64,000 nucleotides of DNA from Botryllus schlosseri (lineage: Eukaryota), in the NCBI GenBank assembly GCA_051294905.1, contig CM119373.1, positions 3,226,001-3,290,000 of the forward strand, written 5' to 3'. How positions within the stretch are numbered: the first letter of the stretch is position 1; the number at the start of each line of letters is the position of its first letter. The translations under genes were made by a program, and so were the position numbers. A model generated the notes under the pieces. That model was not told the origin of the DNA. It was given only the letters and a program-made list of their open reading frames with translations, and searched no databases. Of this stretch, positions 52,453-64,000 are shown piece after piece.

Positions 52453-53154
52453 CAGCGGTTCTCAACAGGGGGTCCGCGAAACAATTTCAGGGTTCCGCGA
52501 AACCTCCAAATGCGCAAAATGTGCGATAACCTAATTTCTATATCCTTTCAATTGGAGAAATCACGAAACAGTTCCTCTTCATAACTGCTAAAACTTAAGG
52601 ACTCGCGTAAACAGAACGGTTGTCTGAGACGTAATATTTTACTGTGCAAACTCATTTTAATCGCCAAATTACCAATAGCCTACGGATACAAAGATATTAC
52701 TGTTTAGAGATGTTTTCTAGGCTGGGCGCTATAATAGTTTCATTTATGTTGCGATCAGACCCAAAGGTGTGGTCGGAAGCGTGACGTGTTATCATTGCAT
52801 TCGCCATCGCCTATATTTGTGGAAATTAATGGATTTTTGGCATTCGTTCATGTCGAATCAAATAGGCCTACTGCATGTGCGGATTTTCGAGACACGGCCG
52901 TGTATTTCAAGAAATGCAGCCACAGAATTCGTTTTGACATAATGAACGTCTTCCAAAGTTCTACATAAATAGTATGTTCGTGTCAAGAAAGATCATTTTG
53001 TTGCTGTTTATCACTAGCCCACAGTTAATATTCACACAAGACTGAGGACGGTTGCACGGTAATAGAGCTAAATTTGATCTAAAGCTTGGGGGTCCGCGGG
53101 CGTCCGGGGCGGTCCAAAGGGGGTCCGCGAAGACAAAAAGGTTGAGAACCACTG
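52453..53154. mobile_element. hAT-type MITE
   Basis: TIR CAGCGGTTCTCAAC / GTTGAGAACCACTG; perfect 8-bp TSD ATCTATAA. Confidence 0.9.
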
Positions 53155-54003
53155 ATCTATAACATCCACATGCAATATGCATATTATACGACCCATTTCG
53201 TGTATATGTGGCGCGGACATGATTCCTAGTGTAGTCGCGTCACCCAAAACTCACGTGATATGTCTTCCTAGAAAAGAAAAAGTAATATGTTGGGCAAATT
53301 TTCAAGGTGGAAATATGTCATGATATAATCTGCACTCTTAACGAGAATGTTGTGTACGACCCCTGATATACGGGTGTAAGTATATACTGATGGAACACGA
53401 GCCCAGAACCTAACTCAGACTTATACCGCGGTATGAATCGAGTTTAACATTTTAATCCAAATTATGCGCGCACGTAGGAAGGTATGCACGTAGTCATGTA
53501 GGATATATGACTGCGATATAGTTCTGAGTTGGGCGTACCACAGCAACATTGCATTTGTGCAATGTAGCTTGTATTCAAAACGGTTTCAATCGAGATAAAT
53601 TCGTACAAAGGCATGCCAGACATACAGTATAGCCAGACATTCCTGACTCACAAATCTTGAGCCATTACAACGTTAAACAAAGCTATACATAAGATTCCAT
53701 GGATTCTAAATCAGAGTATCAACTTCATCTTGCTGACTATGGATATTTTGAGCTGGCGGTATTAAAGACGAAATGACTATGCCAGGCCCAAAACAGTACT
53801 CGAGTATGTCAGTGGAATATCGCAATGTGTTATTTGGGTTTATTAAATTTTGCACAATTCAGTACTTCGACTGACATCGAACGCCTCATAACAAAAACAT
53901 AAGGACATGTATCACATTAATCAATTAATGGACACGGAATGAAATGAAATATATCGCTAACTTCATGTTTTCGTACCAGTACGTACTTCGAGTAATTATA
54001 CAG

Positions 54004-54668
54004 CAGGGGTCACCAACGCCAAATGGGTCGCGGGTCACTTTTAAAATGTCGTAGAGACCGCGGTCCGCATAAATGGGACATCGAGACAAATAGGCCACAC
54101 TTTTAGCAACCACGCTTTTGAATCTTTACGTCGGTACAACGCGGTGCTCTCTAACATGGGCGACGGGCATAGTCACCACAAAAGAAGTAATATTAAGAGA
54201 TACAAATACAACAAAAATATCATGATCATCACTTTCGTGAATTTCTGCCCAAGATACCTGACGACGCTTTTCAGCGACCAAGCAGTCAATATTGGGTAGC
54301 GAGACACGGCACCGGCTGAAAGAGTACCTCCTCGGAAGCTTGATCTTGTGGGAAAGCCCAACGCTGTTTTGTAAGCGTCTCGGTCTTGGCAGTGTACGGG
54401 TCATTGCACATTAAAGCAGTCTACCCATTCATATCAGCCTATTCTTCCTCGATGGAATGCTGTTGCCATCGCCGAAGCCGTTTCAGACAGTGAGGAATAG
54501 TAATTTAATTAACAGAAGAATAGCTTATTTTGAAACAACAACAATATTTTGAAACTGATATCAATTTCAGCATTTAAAAATACTTTACTTATAGTATTCC
54601 TCCAAAATCTGAAATCATATCGCGGGTCAAACAGTATGACGTCGCGGACCGCGTGTTGGTGACCCCTG
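54004..54668. mobile_element. hAT-type MITE
   Basis: TIR CAGGGGTCACCAAC / GTTGGTGACCCCTG; TSD degenerate (TTATACAG/GTGTGCAG). Confidence 0.75.
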
Positions 54669-55762
54669 GTGTGCAGTATTGCTTGGTAAAAACTAAAGTA
54701 GGCCTACGCAAAAAGTTAGAGAATCACTGCTACACGTAGTAGGCCTATTCATGACGGCAACATTAAATTTCGTCACTGATTTTGAAGAAATAGAGAGATT
54801 GAGGGTGGATTGGACCGATCTCGATATAAAATAAAGTTCTTGTGCGTCGGATAGCGATATCTTCGCTGTGAATACAATGGTGTGTCAGGGCTGGCTAAAA
54901 TCAGTATAGCGCAATAGTGAAATCGTGGAGGATTATTTAGTGCTAATAAAGAAAATCTCATTATAAACTACGCTGACTGACAACGGATCAACACGTTATT
55001 ACCACTATGGGCGAAATAGATTTAAACATACCATCCCGAATTCTTTATAATCGCAATGGTTTTCAGCTGAAACGGAATAAATAGAATTGAATCCTCTCAT
55101 TTCTGTGAAGCCACACTGATATATCCATCGCCTTATTACATGTCTAGTCGCTAACTAGCAGAGATGGGGAAAAGTAGCCAGTATCGCCACTCAAGTAGTA
55201 TAGTATAGTTGTAGCGAAATAGCAAGAAGTGAGTAATGGCTGCAAGATCATTACACAACAGAACAGCAAAACAACCGGTATCGCGATTCATGCCAGACGA
55301 CGACACGTGTTTTTTAGTTGTTCGATAACTAGACTTTTTTATTGTGCAGCTAGAACTAGAACTGGAACCTACTCACATTTCAAAATCCGCAAACTTGAAC
55401 TAGAACTAGTCTTACTCATGAAACAGTAGATAGTTGACTGTCGACAAACTAGACCAGTAGTTAGTAAATGTATGACAGTAGGTCTAATACTTCACAACAC
55501 GATTTCAAAGTGAAATCCGCTGATGATGTCACTACGTTGGATTTCCACAAAATATCGGTGATTTAAAATCTTCTTCTTCGTCGTCCCGGATAATCTACTT
55601 ATTATGTCGTTATGAATAACAGGCTAGATTACCTGAAATCCCAAGAGTGAGCGTTCCAAAAAGTAAAATGAGGAAACACATCCAGGTTACAGACATCGTT
55701 GACATCAACACCTTTCTGTTTAAAATGGAAAAAATATGTATCATCCGTTGTTAGGAGTAGTA

Positions 55763-56722
55763 GGGTAGATGTGGTACCGATGGATCACTGGGACCGAAAA
55801 TACTTTGAAAATTCTCTATGATAATTCCATGATTACACTCCGTGAACTTGTCTACAATTGCATGCTGGCAAAATCTTTCCTCACATACAAAAAAATTCGA
55901 CGTGCGCGAGCAATGGGGTCTCTCACAGATGATTTTTGTTTTAGGGGGTGTAAACTAAATTTAGATCGACATATACATTTTTCTTTGTAACCTTCAACAC
56001 GAACAAACCAGCAATCATTTTTATTGTGAAGTGTAAGGCTTGTATCAGACTATATAATGGCACCTATTATTTTTTCAGTACTTTCCTTGAATGGACTTTT
56101 TTCGATTCATGTATAAAATTCGTAGGGTGGGGACCGATGATACAATAGCCAAATCAAGCAAAATAATCAAGCATACTAATCATGAAACAAATGAAACATG
56201 CCTACGTACAGAAAATCTTTATGTAATAATTACATATGATGTTTTATCGCTATAACGAGGTATTTAGAAGTCACACTGTCGATTTTCGGGCAATATGTAT
56301 GTACCCTCAAATTTATAAGTCCGAGCCTAAATCGAAACGTGATTTTATGACAACATTTGAGTTAATACTTATTCCATTTTTGGACAGTTGCGACCAAACA
56401 TTCTTCTTTGGCTTGCTGTCGCTTAGATTATAATACTGAGCAAGAAAAGTAGTCACATTTGAGTTTTTTAGGGTATATGTGTCATAGGTCCCCGGGTCGT
56501 GTGTCATTGGACCCACCGGGTGGGGACCGATGACACGTTCGAGCAGCAAATTTTAAACGTCCATAAATATTTTTTGAAAAGACGGATATTCATGTATATG
56601 TGCGCGATAGGTAGAGCTTGTATCAAAGTGCTGAGCCAGCAAAAGATCTGCTGTTTTCGGCTGAACATTTCAGGGCCAGCGATCATTTTCCGATTTTTGA
56701 TCCATCGGTACCACATCTCCCC
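55763..56722. mobile_element. MITE with ~25-bp TIR, superfamily uncertain
   Basis: GGGTAGATGTGGTACCGATGGATCA / TGATCCATCGGTACCACATCTCCCC; flanked by TA (or TAGTA) on both sides; internal TIR-like GGTGGGGACCGATGA repeats at ~56127 and ~56519. Confidence 0.75.
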
Positions 56723-56737
56723 TAGTAGTCTATATAG

Positions 56738-57066
56738 TAGGCTTACCATATTTTGGAAATCTAAAAAGAGGACACTTTTTCAGAAATTTGAGATTTGCAA
56801 AACCGGAGAAGAATTTTAAAAAATCGGTGAATTTTTCCCACTTTGTGATCGGTTGAGTAAAAAAAAGGTCAACTTTTCGCTGAGAGCTCATATCACCGTC
56901 GCCGGAGCGTCACTTCTGCGCTAATTTACGGCATATCACTCAAATTTTGCTCTAAATGTAACCTAAATTTTCAAAAAAGAGGTCAAAAGGGCGTCCTCCG
57001 AGGACACTTTCAAAAAAGTCAAAAAAGAGGACAAATCCTCTTAAAAGAGGACGTATGGTAACCCTA
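56738..57066. mobile_element. hAT-type MITE (TAGG termini)
   Basis: TAGGCTTACCATA / TATGGTAACCCTA; perfect 8-bp TSD CTATATAG; AAAAGAGGAC subrepeats. Confidence 0.85.
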
Positions 57067-60000
57067 CTATATAGCAATGTGGGCATCAATGACACGCTCC
57101 CCATTAAGATTAATATTATTATTATTGATGAAAACTAGAGTGACGTATTTCGCCTGTGAGGCTATAGGTGCGTCACGGACAAGAATGTGCGATCAATATA
57201 CCAAAATTAGGATGTGAGCCGTTTGCACTTATACGTTTCGCTTTGACAGTTTTTCCATGACCAGAAATTTAACTCATTCAGGTAAAATCACTTGTCTGGA
57301 TTTGTGGTCACAAAAATCTTATTTGCGGCTCTGTTTTATCCGGGTATCGGTGTACCGAGTGTAGCCTGGATTAAAAGCGCAAATATGCGAACAACATTGC
57401 GCATTTACTCATTATCGCTTTTAACCATGCGCGTCAATGATTAAATGCATGTTAATGTGCATATTATTGGAGACGCGATTCTCACATATCACTTATGTTT
57501 GAGTGAGATATAGCTTCCGTCCCTATACCTATAGCAAGCAAACGAGCTATTGCTAAATCTGGTGGTGTTTTGCGATGTTAGTAGTAAACTAGTACCACCT
57601 AGTAAGGTGTATGGTAGGGTGATTTCTCCGAGAACAATTTAAATCAATTCAGCTAAGCAACTTCACGGTGTTATTATTATTATTATACCAAACGGATATT
57701 CTCTGCAGATTCTGCATACATATGCTGAACCAATACTCGCCAGATTTAGACTGCTGAGGCGCTCTGCAGTTGCCACAAGTGAGCATAACGATCTTGCTTT
57801 GCCACCAGAGACCCTCGTCCTGTTCAGTCGCTCGCAATTATTGCGGACCAGGCCAAAGATCAGTTTCCTTGTGCATTTCTCGACGTATCGAGACACGTTT
57901 CCATATCTAATGCTACAAGTAGTATGATTCTGACTAGCTGCAATGACCACAAATGCCATTCGGCTTCATGCCGTATCAGCTGCACTTCGCGATATGGATT
58001 CTGATCAACTTGTAAACTTCAGTATAACCACGGCCTGTTGCCGCCTGTAGCTTTTTGTAGTTCTGCGACTAATTGCGGACTTCATATTTACGAATCTCAA
58101 CGAAGAAATAAAATTTGGGGTGAACTCATCGCACCAACAATGATGTGCCGTCACATATTCACTGTGGCGCATTGAAAAAGTACGATGATATTAATACCAG
58201 GTCAAATATTGGGAGAATTGGTTCTTTTCGCCACCCTGGACAACACCACTCGTAATACTTGAATTCCGAAAACTATACCGATATCTAAGCTCGCAGTAAC
58301 ATACGAAGTTAGGGTATTTTGAAATCTTGTTTGTGCATCATATATATAGGCCTATACTCCCAACTACTTTTCAAGCGAAGACACTACAAAATATTTGCTG
58401 ACATGTAATAGCTGCCATGCACCACAGAGTAATCATTTGCCTACATAACCTCACGACACGTCACTGTAGGTAGTTTGCGAGTATTCTCGTGTACAGCGTG
58501 CCTCCGCGACGCACATTTCAACATAATCAATATTGAATTCTAATAATGATTCTTACTTCGATCCAATCGGCACTCTCAATGTTTGACGAAAGTTGTATAT
58601 TCGTATCTCTGCAACACTGCGGCTATTGTAAAAAATACCAAATTGAAAATAGAACTCTGATACTTCAGTGGTACTGATGCATGCTCGTCTCCAGTTCCGC
58701 GTGGTGCCGTGACTAATCCTGACGTGGGTGCGTTAGTGAATGTATGGCCATCGCGAACGTGATGACGTAGGCCTACGCGATTTACCAATGTGCGCTATTA
58801 CAACGCTGTGAATTCTTATATTCTTAGAATATGCAAAGTATTTGGAATTGAGATTACAAAGGCAAATAAAATTACAAAGGCAAATATGCTGCCGAGTGAA
58901 ACTGCCAATTCGATGTGAACGCCACAGCATGAGTTATGGCCTACGTAACGTATCTACTAGCAAACGCGACGCAAGTTTTCGCGGAAACATCCCACGACTT
59001 ATCACATCTGTCATGGAGATTGAAGAGGGAGGATTGTTGGAAAATATGTAGGACTATCAAGTAAACTAACATCTTTAGATCTATATACTTCGGACGTAAC
59101 CGTGCGTTACGTTATCATGGTTAAGGAATATGATTACATTTGGATCAGACTAGAACAACTTTTCTATAATTAGACTAATCGAAGCTAAATACCAGTAATC
59201 TGCTTCAAATCTACCTTGGGAGATGTTTCGTTCCTTTTCGAATTCTGACTAATTTATGGATTCCTGAAAATGCTACAGGAGAACTGTACAGTGCGTAAAA
59301 AGCCAAGCTTGCTGTACAGACATTTACCATCCTTATGTTTATGAGGATGAACTCTGATTTCATGTGAACTGAATTTTATTACATTTCCAAGTTTTCGCGA
59401 ATTCAGTAACTCTAATTCTGATGTAATTCTAGTCTAGTTCGGAAAAAAGGCGTTGCTATAATTCTAATACTATTGTAGTTTGGAAAAGCTGAAAATTTTC
59501 TTGTTGTCCAACCATGATTTGTACATTTACACAACTAATGCATCATTATATCATGTAGGCTATCACGTGCCGGTAAAGGCACAAAAACTTACTTCAAGTT
59601 TCAACTATGAAACAAAAAGGTTTAATTTTAAATTGAAGCTCTCAAATACGTTTAAACATTATTTTGTCATTAAATATAGTATATTGAAGTTCTGTCTGTG
59701 CCTCCAGGAAGCTCGTCGAGTAGTTTACCACGATTGTGATGAGGTGATGAAGTGATGAGTAACAAGGCCTTTAGGTAATGTTGTCACCTCCAGTCAAATT
59801 TTATGTTTGACGAATCAATCGATGTCTGTCTGTCTGTCAGTCTGCATGATGACTAAATCTCCCGTATAAATTGCGTCGCTTTATTCATGTTCACTGCTCG
59901 CCCATCGACATGGTGTACACCGTGACAGATGTAAACCCGCGATGTCAGGAACTCTACATTACGTATCGGAGTTTCTGATTTTTACATTGCTATAGCCTAA

Positions 60001-60076
60001 CAAGATTATATTTATACTGATAATTGATATCGGTATCTTGTCCCTCAAATCATTATAAGAATATCGAGAAAAAAGA

Positions 60077-60149
60077 CGCCCGAAAAGGGACTTGACCCCT
60101 TGACCGTTGGATTAAAAGTCCAACGCTCTACCGACTGAGCTAACCGGGC
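60077..60149 (-). tRNA. tRNA-Lys (anticodon TTT), variant
   Basis: GCCCGGTTAGCTCAGTCGGTAGAGCGTTGGACTTTTAATCCAACGGTCAAGGGGTCAAGTCCCTTTTCGGGCG, 73 nt, followed by a T6 Pol III terminator; G54 and a U7:U66 mismatch. Confidence 0.9.
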
Positions 60150-60682
60150 TGCTCAATTCGTGGGGAAACGTTATAATGATGATTGGTTTATTAGCAATTT
60201 TTATCAGTTCAACACACCACAAAAATGCGATACAATGAAAAGACAGGAAGATGTCGAAGCGACTTGGAGTAGTCTATGGAATCAGACACCCACCTTGACC
60301 AATGCGATGTAAAGAGGAGGCATGCACACTGAATAAAAGTAAAGAAGATAGTATAGGAAAAAAGAAAGCGACAATTAATTAAATAAATAAATAAATTACA
60401 CGAGCTACTCTGATATTTTGGTTATATATCGATCGATTTAATAATGCAGGTATACTTGAATAAGGTTCAGGTACGTCATATCTATATTTCAGTGTCGCAA
60501 GTTCGCCATAATGAGCTGCACGTGCACTATAGGCTCGTTGGTATCGCAACGCAACATACAATTCGATACGTGAGCTCATGGACAGTTTATGCACATATAT
60601 CAGCGAATCTGCCAATACAACAGCATAGGTGCGTACCTATAGGGCTATTCAAACAACGTGTATTGAATGCATAGCAGTATAG

Positions 60683-61864
60683 CAGACTTGGACAAAGTGC
60701 GACCCGCGGGCCAAAGACGGCCCGCGAAGCTATTCTGTGCGGCCCGCGAAAGGTTGCTTGGAATCCAAAACATAAAACTTGCTTTGTGAATGACTAAAAG
60801 GCTGCATCAAGCGACAGGGAAATTCGTTTACTCTGGAGCCTGTTCCTTCATTAATATGCCACGATTACGCTGCCTACTACGTACCTCGCATGCGTAATCC
60901 AGATTCAAAATAAAGACAATTTGACAAAGTATGAGTAGCAATTAAAGTCACAAGAAATCACTATTTCCATACAGTTTAGTTTAAACCTTCTTTGTTGACA
61001 TTGTAGCATCAAGGATATTTAGGCTGCACATGCACACTGCTCGGAAGGCAGCGACTAAGAAAATATGCTTTGTACCATTGCATATATATTTCAGTGCAGT
61101 GGTTCTGGAACTGCGGGCGTAAAAGCATCAGGAGGGGGCGCGAAGCCGAAGTTTATTGAATTTCTTTCGCGTCCCGCGCGACTAACCCCCAGCTTATAGG
61201 TATTGCTCCGTGCATTGTCCGACTTTGATATTTCAGAACTCTCTCATCAACAGCCGTAACCTAACTTGTATATATAGTTTGAAAGTTTATATAGTTTGAA
61301 ATTTAACCCTATGTCCCAGAGCACGAAAACTAGATCCTTGATTACATATTTTGTCCGTGGTGCACAAGGCCGGAAACGGCGACACGCGCCACTTAAAACT
61401 CCTCATTAATAATAATAATAATAATAACAGCCGTAACCTTCCATACCATCAAACTATTCGTTGGGATTGCTAGCATTCAAGCTGCACTCATTAATATTTT
61501 GTGATATAATATTTAGGGGGCGCGAAATTTTTCACTATTATAAAGGGAAGCGTGCCTAAAAAAGTTTGAGGACCACTGTTTTAGAGTTTGAATAGAAGAA
61601 CGTGGATAGGAGTTTAACGAGAGTTAAAAATGTATCACGTTTAACATTGCTTCTAATCATGACGGCAATTAGATTTTTTTAAATTAAATCTCACTTTATC
61701 ATTACCTAACCTCAACACATTCATTGAGCAGCATTTATTATCAAAGTAATTCAGAAACATAATTAAAATACGCTCGAGAATATAGCTAAAAATTTCCACT
61801 CGGCCCGCCAACGTATTTCTTACTTCTCATTTGGCCCGCGGAGGAAAATATTTGCCCACCGCTG
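60683..61864. mobile_element. Degenerate hAT-type MITE containing a nested MITE
   Basis: CAG...CTG ends, GGCCCGC subterminal motifs, TSD CAGTATAG/CAGTATAA. Confidence 0.6.
61097..61578. mobile_element. hAT-type MITE nested in 60683-61864
   Basis: CAGTGGTTCTGGAACT / AGTTTGAGGACCACTG; TSD TTTCAGTG/TTTTAGAG (6/8). Confidence 0.6.
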
Positions 61865-64000
61865 CAGTATAACATCGGGAAGATCACATCAAATTACAGG
61901 AAAATCAGGAAGATGCGTCGACTTATTGGTAAGTATAATGACTAGCACTGTCCGCGTGCATTAATCGGAATTCATTGAGCGCATTTTTTAGAAGGTGACT
62001 AGAATGCATCCATAGAGAAATCCTACATTGAAGTATTCAGATATTCGTGCGTTTGGATGTGTTGAACTATTACATCTAATTCGATGTTCATCATACTTCG
62101 ATTCTATATACTCACTTACTCCAGTTCTGGGTATTTTTAGCTAATTTCGAACTTATATTGCGTCCGGGAAGTCATAGTCATATGCCAACACTGGAGCAGG
62201 GATTGTGCAGATCCAAAAATTACGACACACGAAATAGAAAATAGTATTGTTAAAACTGAGATGGCGACACTGTGAACACTTTCTTTGTGAATTCGGTCTT
62301 AGTCTACATCACAGATCCTCATGAGGTTGATGGATGTCCAATGTCTATCTTCCAATTCCAATGTCCTCATTAAATGAACAGGACATAGTTCGATTATAGG
62401 GATAATTCGAACCTGAATTTTCAATTATCATTTGGTTGTCTGCGACGTACAGTCAAGGCCAAGTTCCAATTCGTTTATATGTAGGGCGAAGACGTGATAG
62501 GGCAACTTGATATTCTTTTGGTTGAGCGTATAAGCATTCAACCTGCCTGTATTCATTCGTGAATCAGTAAAATATATCCAGACCAATTGTGTGACAGGAT
62601 AGTTTGATTCGTGAAATATTATCCTTCGTTATAGTGCAGGTACTCATTATGCAGATCCACATAAAGGAGGAATTGCGGATGCATCAAAATAACTCCTTCA
62701 ATAGACGAATTTGCATCGCAATTTGAGTGTGATGTGGCTATATACCGAGAAATTGGCCGTATTTTGTGAACGAGCTGTCGAGCGCTCTTCCGAGATTGGA
62801 ATTACATTTGCGCTTTTGCTGCAGTGTATTCCGAGTCAATAATAAGCTATTCTTTTGGCAGTATGGCATTGCTTTTCGACGTCTTGATGGGTATGGAAAT
62901 ATTGAGCTTAAATACACAATGACAGGGTCTCTCTAAACGGGGTATGTAAATTGCTACGTAGCCTACTGCAGATCTCGGATTAGCTCTAACATAAACAATG
63001 AAGGTTACGTAGGCTAATTAGTCGAGCGTAGCGTTACGTGAAGGTTATGTGATTAGTGCTATTATTATCTGACTGCAAAATGATCTGCTGACTCTAATAA
63101 TTTCTAGGACTATTCTATATAGTACGGTAAATTCGTATCCAGCAGTGTCAAAAATATGTATGGAGAGTATTTTACATTTACAGTTGTGACTTGACTTTTC
63201 AAGCATACGCAATGCGCATGATAAAGAAAATCTTCGTCCTATAGGCCAACGTTCCGTTGAATATAATTTACGCGTGTGCATTTCCAAAACACTACCCAAG
63301 AAATGATTTACTCGTGAAGTAGGTTCAGCTCATTCGTCGCGGAGAAATGAGTATATACATATTTAGTTTCGTGTTGTGTCTTTCAATTGAGTGCACGTTA
63401 TGCATTGTTATTTAGAGGGGAGAGCCATATACAGATATTTCAAAATGGTACGCAGACACACAAAAAATGAGAATGTCTGCATTAGGACAGACTCGATACT
63501 TCTCAACGATATCTCAATTGCTGTCATTCAGACGCATTTGCATTTTTCTTTCAGACATAAGAGACAACCTGTCGTTGGCCACATTCACTCCCATACTTTC
63601 ATATTGCATTGGTAGAAATATATAATTTGTAACCATGCCATTCTACGGTGGTGGAGATATGCGGATATGTCATAGATCTCTACACGGAATAATGTGGGGA
63701 AAGCTGCAAAGCTATGGAAATGAGATAGCGATTGTAAGTAGTATTGTAAGCCCTTCCGTGTCCTGCAATAAATACGCATAAATTAGAACGGAAACCCCAG
63801 AATAGCGTCAAATACAATGCACCGTGAAAATGTGATCTTTAATTTCTTGTAGATGTAGAAACTATACGAGTGCATGTATTCTATTACACTTGCTGACGAT
63901 GCGCAAAATGTAATAGATGTGTGAAAATGACCAATCATTATTGTATCGCAGGCGGACTTGGATAGCTAGATTGTTCTAATTAGACCAGGGGCGGCCAACC

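Overview
Repeat-rich eukaryotic (animal) DNA with spliced genes, SINEs and hAT MITEs. The C-type lectin style suggests a marine invertebrate such as an ascidian, but that is inference only. The window is dominated by two related ~13-kb elements (10915-24207 and 30926-43845). Each is almost entirely a giant palindrome: 5.6-6.3 kb near-identical inverted arms around a homologous ~0.9-kb non-palindromic loop. Each has AGTAGT...ACTACT termini and a perfect 6-bp target-site duplication, the signature of Polinton/Maverick elements, yet no recognisable Polinton genes. The two copies differ from each other by many substitutions and kb-scale indels, and nearly all of these differences are mirrored in both arms of the same copy. 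This points to a non-autonomous fold-back family whose arms are regenerated from each other. Other content: a full-length but dead I/Nimb-type LINE with RNase H, a 4-exon C-type lectin gene with a premature stop, a variant tRNA-Lys(TTT), a tRNA-derived SINE family and several MITEs, one of which hosts the first palindrome.
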